DNA of 64,000 nucleotides from Spirulina sp. (GTDB lineage Bacteria; Cyanobacteriota; Cyanobacteriia; Phormidesmidales; Phormidesmidaceae): NCBI GenBank assembly GCA_044070495.1, contig JBIPSI010000006.1, positions 96,001 to 160,000 of the forward strand, read 5' to 3'. Shown piece by piece: positions 59,749 to 64,000 of this stretch (position 1 is its first letter; each line of letters starts with the position of its first letter). The notes under the pieces were generated by a model. It saw only the letters and a program-made list of their open reading frames with translations, ran no database searches and was not told where the DNA came from. The position numbers and the translations under genes were made by a program.

Positions 59749-60525
59749 ATGACCCATCAACATTTTCTATCGCGAGTTACGGCAAAAGTTCCTTGGGCCA
59801 TTGTTGGGGCGGGGGCGCTATCTTCCCTGGCCATTGTTTCTAGCCCTGCCCAGGCCATCTCCTTTGTGCCCCAGCAAGAGGGGGAAGTGAATGTTGGTTT
59901 TACCTCCGCCCTTGGGGGGGGAGACTACCTAAACCTTGGCTCCCTAATTTCCTCCGTAGAGAGCTTGGTTGATCCCTCCACGGGCACCCAAAGTCGCCTA
60001 TTTGTAGACCGCGCTGGCACCAACAATACCTACGGGGGTATCCGTTTCCTCGCCAAGGATATCGGCACCTCCGAAGGGTCGGGCGACTTTTGGTTTCGGC
60101 CAGTGGCCATGGCGGCCAACGGCATTAGTCCCCTCGTGGAAAATGGCCAGTTGGAAGTGGGACTGTTTAAGTTCAACTTCGCCACGGTGATTCAAGAACT
60201 CAACATTAGCTGGTTCGACACCGAGTTTTTGAATGCCTCCGCAGGGCAGGGAACGAGCTATACCGTCGAGTATGCCGATGGTTCCACAGCCAGCGAGTTT
60301 ATTCGTGCTGGTGCTAACAACAACATCCAGAACACGACCCTCAGCAATGTGTCGTCAATTACCCTTAACCTGGGTGAGCGTCGGGGTAGCACGGGCGATG
60401 GGGTCAATTTCCAAATGGATGGGGTTCCGGCCCCGGCAGATGTGCCTGAACCCTCGATGCTGCTAGGGTTGGGTGCTCTGGTCGCGGCTGGTGTGGTGCA
60501 ACGGCGACGCACCGTCCAGAACTAG
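59749..60525 (+). CDS. PEP-CTERM sorting domain protein (LEVG-type)
   Basis: Signal peptide ending AQA, VPQQEGEV, GQLEVG, VPEP + TM + RRR. Confidence 0.9.
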   Translation: MTHQHFLSRVTAKVPWAIVGAGALSSLAIVSSPAQAISFVPQQEGEVNVGFTSALGGGDYLNLGSLISSVESLVDPSTGTQSRLFVDRAGTNNTYGGIRFLAKDIGTSEGSGDFWFRPVAMAANGISPLVENGQLEVGLFKFNFATVIQELNISWFDTEFLNASAGQGTSYTVEYADGSTASEFIRAGANNNIQNTTLSNVSSITLNLGERRGSTGDGVNFQMDGVPAPADVPEPSMLLGLGALVAAGVVQRRRTVQN

Positions 60526-60593
60526 CTGGTCACTGCACAGACCCGAAAAGGTAAGGGTCTGTCTCGTCCTGTTCTCTCTGATGAGGCGTATCG

Positions 60594-60627
60594 AAGGCTG
60601 TCCCTAGTTTTTGGGGTAGCCTTTTTT
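60594..60627 (+). terminator. Intrinsic terminator after the PEP-CTERM gene
   Basis: AAGGCTGTCCC...GGGGTAGCCTT followed by T-run. Confidence 0.7.
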
Positions 60628-60630
60628 CGT

Positions 60631-60681
60631 AAAAAAAATCCCCAGCCCTAGGGCCGAGGACTTCATCAGGGTGCATCTACC
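60631..60681 (-). ncRNA. Candidate ~50-nt small RNA with its own terminator
   Basis: Minus strand GGTAGATGCACCCTGATGAAG + TCCTCGGCC/GGCTGGGGA hairpin + T8; no minus-strand CDS to account for the terminator. Confidence 0.4.
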
Positions 60682-60844
60682 TCTCTATAGTTCGGCGGTG
60701 GGCAAAGGGATCAGGATAGTTTGTGGGGTTGTCTGGCCAAATTTACTTGGGATCAGATGGTGCTGGGATCAGATTGTTTTGGAAAACGCCTAGGAATTCT
60801 TGAAGTCGCGCTATGGTGATCCATGGAAATCCAAAAGTCCCGCT

Positions 60845-61765
60845 ATGTCCGACGCCCTGAGCCTGACGGCCTACGATTTGTGGAAACAATACGACGACAG
60901 ACCTGTCGTGCAGGGGGTGAGCTTTGCCCTGCATCCAGGGGAAATTGTCGGTTTGCTGGGGCCAAACGGGGCCGGAAAAACCACCACCGTAGGAATGCTC
61001 TTTGGCACGGTAATGCCCACCCGGGGCTTTGTGCAGTTGGGGCCTTGGCAAATTCCGGCCCAGGCCGCCCAGGCCCGTACTCAGATGGGCATCGTTACGC
61101 AGGACGATAATCTCGATCCCGACTTTACAGTCTTCAAGAACCTCACTCACTTTGCCCACCACTACCGCATTACTGGAACGGCGGCTAAACAGCGGGCGGG
61201 GGAATTGCTGGATTTAGTGAGTCTGACCGACCGCGCCACAGCCCAGGTGGACGAGCTTTCTGGCGGCATGAAGCGGCGATTGGTGCTGGCCCGTGCCCTG
61301 CTGAACCATCCCAAAGTTATCTTTTTGGATGAACCCACCACCGGACTAGATCCCGATGCCCGTCAAGATTTTTGGCGGCTGGTGCTGCACCTCAAGGCCC
61401 AAGGCTGCGGCATTTTGCTGACGACGCATTATATGGACGAAGCCCAACGCCTGTGTGATCGCCTGCTGCTGCTGCAACAGGGCCAGGTGATCGACGAAGG
61501 CACCCCCGATGACCTGATTTTGCGGGTCATGGGTCGAGAAATTGCCGAGGTAGAAGGCATCCCGGAGGAGGTGATCAAAACCCTAGGTGAGAAAGCCGGG
61601 GTTTGGTCACGATCCTTTGGCAGTGGGTATCTCATTGCCCTGCCCGACGACGATCCCGAAACCCTGTGGAGCCAGATTGAAGCCCACCATCCCCGCCGCC
61701 TTCTGCGCCGACAGGCTAACTTAGAAGATGTGTTTCTTCGCCTCACCGGGAGTCTTCTGGAATGA
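60845..61765 (+). CDS. ABC transporter ATP-binding protein (NodI-like)
   Basis: GPNGAGKTT, LSGGMKRR, LDEPTTGLDP, LTTHYMDEA, NLEDVFLRLTG. Confidence 0.93.
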   Translation: MSDALSLTAYDLWKQYDDRPVVQGVSFALHPGEIVGLLGPNGAGKTTTVGMLFGTVMPTRGFVQLGPWQIPAQAAQARTQMGIVTQDDNLDPDFTVFKNLTHFAHHYRITGTAAKQRAGELLDLVSLTDRATAQVDELSGGMKRRLVLARALLNHPKVIFLDEPTTGLDPDARQDFWRLVLHLKAQGCGILLTTHYMDEAQRLCDRLLLLQQGQVIDEGTPDDLILRVMGREIAEVEGIPEEVIKTLGEKAGVWSRSFGSGYLIALPDDDPETLWSQIEAHHPRRLLRRQANLEDVFLRLTGSLLE

Positions 61766-62559
61766 AAGCCATCGCCGGACTAAAGCCCGTTTCCGTCAGC
61801 CCCTGGGGCGTCTATTCCGTGTGGTGGCGGCACTTCCAGGTCTATCGCAGCACTTGGTTAGTGAACTGTTTACCACCCATTTCCGAGCCGATTGTCTACC
61901 TGCTGGCCTTTGGCTATGGCCTGACGCCGCTGATTGGAGAAGTGCAGCACCTCGGCCAACCCGTTCCCTATCCCCAATTCCTGGCACCGGGGATGATCGC
62001 CATTGGCGTGCTGTTCCAGTCCTTCTTTGAGGGAGCCTACAGCAGCTTCATTCGCCTCAACTTCCAAAAAACCTGGCAGGCCCTTTTGACCGCACCCCTC
62101 AGCTATACGGACGTGTTTTTGGGCGATTGGTTCTGGGCCGCCACCAAGGGCAGCATCGCGGGATTCCTCACCGGACTAGTCGCCGTGTTGGCCAACCTCT
62201 ACGACCTCTCCAGTCTGCTGCTGTCCATCCCGCTGATTGTGCTGGGCAGCCTGTTGTTTGGAGCCTTTGGCCTGCTGGTGGCGGGGGTCGTCAACAAGGT
62301 CGATCAGGTCAACGTGCCCATTTTCCTGGTGGTTATCCCCATGTTCACCCTCTGCGGCACCTACTTTCCACGGGATACCCTGCCGCCTCTGCTGGCTAAG
62401 TTTGCCGGATTACTGCCCCTGGCTTCCCTGGTAGATTTGCTGCGTTGGCCCCTAGGATTGCCGCCCTGGTGGCCCCTTTCCCTGCTGTGGCTGCTGGCCT
62501 GGATGGGCATAATGGCTCGCCTCGCTGCCCTGAGAATTTATCCCCGGTTGTTTAGTTAA
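61762..62559 (+). CDS. ABC-2 type transporter permease (NodJ-like)
   Basis: Six TMs, EPIVYLLAFGYGL, FLAPG, GTYFP; ATGA coupling. Confidence 0.92.
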   Translation: MKAIAGLKPVSVSPWGVYSVWWRHFQVYRSTWLVNCLPPISEPIVYLLAFGYGLTPLIGEVQHLGQPVPYPQFLAPGMIAIGVLFQSFFEGAYSSFIRLNFQKTWQALLTAPLSYTDVFLGDWFWAATKGSIAGFLTGLVAVLANLYDLSSLLLSIPLIVLGSLLFGAFGLLVAGVVNKVDQVNVPIFLVVIPMFTLCGTYFPRDTLPPLLAKFAGLLPLASLVDLLRWPLGLPPWWPLSLLWLLAWMGIMARLAALRIYPRLFS

Positions 62560-62577
62560 ACCATAAAACGCCAGATC

Positions 62578-62705
62578 CGTAGGGTGCATTCGCGGCTCCA
62601 AATCCCCTCTGGCAATACCTCGATAACCGTCATGAGCCGCAATGCACCACAAATTCGGCTTATTTGCTCCCGGTATAAGCGGGCGAAGAGCCCTCGCCCC
62701 TACGG
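62578..62705. repeat. Inverted pair of GTAG-type REP-like elements
   Basis: CGTAG-GGTGCATTCGCGGCTC...GAGCCGCAATGCACC (62578-62648) and GGGCGAAGAGCCCTCGCCCCTACGG (62681-62705). Confidence 0.65.
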
Positions 62706-63292
62706 TTTGTCGGGCTGGCAACCAGGGTTTTCCAAATTGGATTTGGAATCATTATCCAAATGCTGTAAGGGCATAATTGCCGCGCCCAGTTCAGGATCTT
62801 TTATCAGTCAACTAGCCCTCCAGCACTATGGTTCGTTTTGTTCACCCAGTGAGTGTCCTCAAATTGCGATCTTATTCGGCAAAATGATTATGAATTCCCG
62901 AATATCCAAGTGTCGTCCCGCAGATCTGAAATCCATGGCATATTGGCACTTATGGGGCGGGGCTAACCCCTAACATATAGCTAGCTGTGCGACTCAAAGT
63001 CGCTTGAGAAATTGGAAAGGGCTCTTGAACCCTTTTTCTACTAGTTTTCAATCAATCGGATATCTGCCTTAGAACGTTAACTCCGCCATGGGAGGGTAGT
63101 ATCAGCAGCCAATAAGGTAACTCCGAAAAAATCTTCTTAGTAATATCGTCATTGTCAGGTAAATGGCAAATGACCAAATCTGAACTCTCGACGGGAATGG
63201 GATCTCTCAAAATGTGAGCGCTGTTGTCCGAAAGGTAATCGGAATCTACAACGGACGGCTGCTTATCCATTTATTGAGCTGGCTAATAGAGT

Positions 63293-63955
63293 ATGTCTAT
63301 TTGTGACGTTTCAGAGGTGGCGCAATGTGACTGCTGCGTCCTTAACTTGATAAAATCTGCGTTGACGCAGGAAGTTAGTAATGAGCTAGGATACAGCCAA
63401 ATTCAGCACTTCTTAACCTTATTCAGAGATGTACTGAATCAAAAGGCTATCATCAGCCTAACGCTTGATAGGCATATAAAATTTATAACTCCCCTAGCTG
63501 AACAGCTTCTAGATCAATATTTTGGCTGCCGGGAGTCCAAGATCTTACCGGTCTGTTTAGATCACTGGTTGAAGCAGCAAATTTTGCAATGTTCCTCTAT
63601 CAAGGATACCCTACACTCTAGTATTCCCTTACACCTTGAACAGTCTGAACGACAGCTATTTATCTATTGGATTTTTGATTCTAAAAAGGGAAGGATTTCC
63701 TTGCTATTGGAGGAAAGAGAATCCTTAGCCTTCTCCATTACGATTCTAAAATCCCTTGGCCTTACCCAACGGGAGGCTGAGGTACTGTTCTGGGTTGCTA
63801 GGGATAAAAGCAATGTGGAAATAGCAAAAGTGTTGAACTGCTGTGAAGGAACGGTGCGAAAACATCTAGAACATCTTTATAAAAAACTGGATGTGCAAAC
63901 CCGCATGGGGGCTGTAATGACTGCCCTGGAGAAGCTGGGGCTACTTCAAATATAG
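63293..63955 (+). CDS. LuxR-type HTH transcriptional regulator, probably N-terminally decayed
   Basis: LGLTQREAEVLFWVARDKSNVEIAKVL..TVRKHLEHLYKKL.V..R; PAS-like middle segment. Confidence 0.8.
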   Translation: MSICDVSEVAQCDCCVLNLIKSALTQEVSNELGYSQIQHFLTLFRDVLNQKAIISLTLDRHIKFITPLAEQLLDQYFGCRESKILPVCLDHWLKQQILQCSSIKDTLHSSIPLHLEQSERQLFIYWIFDSKKGRISLLLEERESLAFSITILKSLGLTQREAEVLFWVARDKSNVEIAKVLNCCEGTVRKHLEHLYKKLDVQTRMGAVMTALEKLGLLQI

Positions 63956-64000
63956 TTTGTTGCAAGATCGTCATAATCCTATACGCGGATGATCGTATTG

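Noticed and set aside
62760..62940. Possible decayed REP-associated tyrosine transposase (minus-strand EFIIILPNKI resembling VIMPNH)
   Set aside because: HUH histidines are absent, the frame is short, and the similarity is too weak without a search

Overview
A 64-kb cyanobacterial chromosome window (petCA, psbZ, psb29, PEP-CTERM and Uma2 genes; a Leptolyngbya/Nodosilinea-like lineage is my inference). A GC-rich core carries typA, petC-petA, prs, amt, coaE, cobA-hemD, gst, psb29, a PilB/GspE ATPase, a K+ channel, PP2C, an ABC1 kinase, a CBS-domain tRNA nucleotidyltransferase, psbZ-ribH, tRNA-Gly, gltX and a NodIJ-like ABC exporter. Two visibly AT-richer accessory blocks interrupt it. (1) ~0.3-7.6 kb is a lipid-carrier glycosylation cluster: two GT2s, a GT-C, and NAD, TIM-barrel and FAD sugar-redox enzymes, ending in an ISH3-like remnant. 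(2) ~26.7-41.4 kb is the best candidate for a poorly described system. It has a two-partner secretion pair whose 1947-aa passenger ends in a caspase-like CHAT protease with His/Cys intact. This converges on an operon of a Walker-A-degenerate, sensor-less NB-ARC protein, a non-RD kinase-CHASE2 receptor and a DUF928 protein. Divergently sit NfeD-like, secreted and SH3-CHAP genes behind a palindromic operator-like site. Other oddities: apparent absence of the HIP1 core CGATCG, a methyltransferase-like protein lacking NPPY, a pseudokinase, several palindromic repeat families (one translated in-frame inside a gene) and a candidate ~50-nt sRNA. All calls come from reading motifs by eye; no database searches or exact counts were run.
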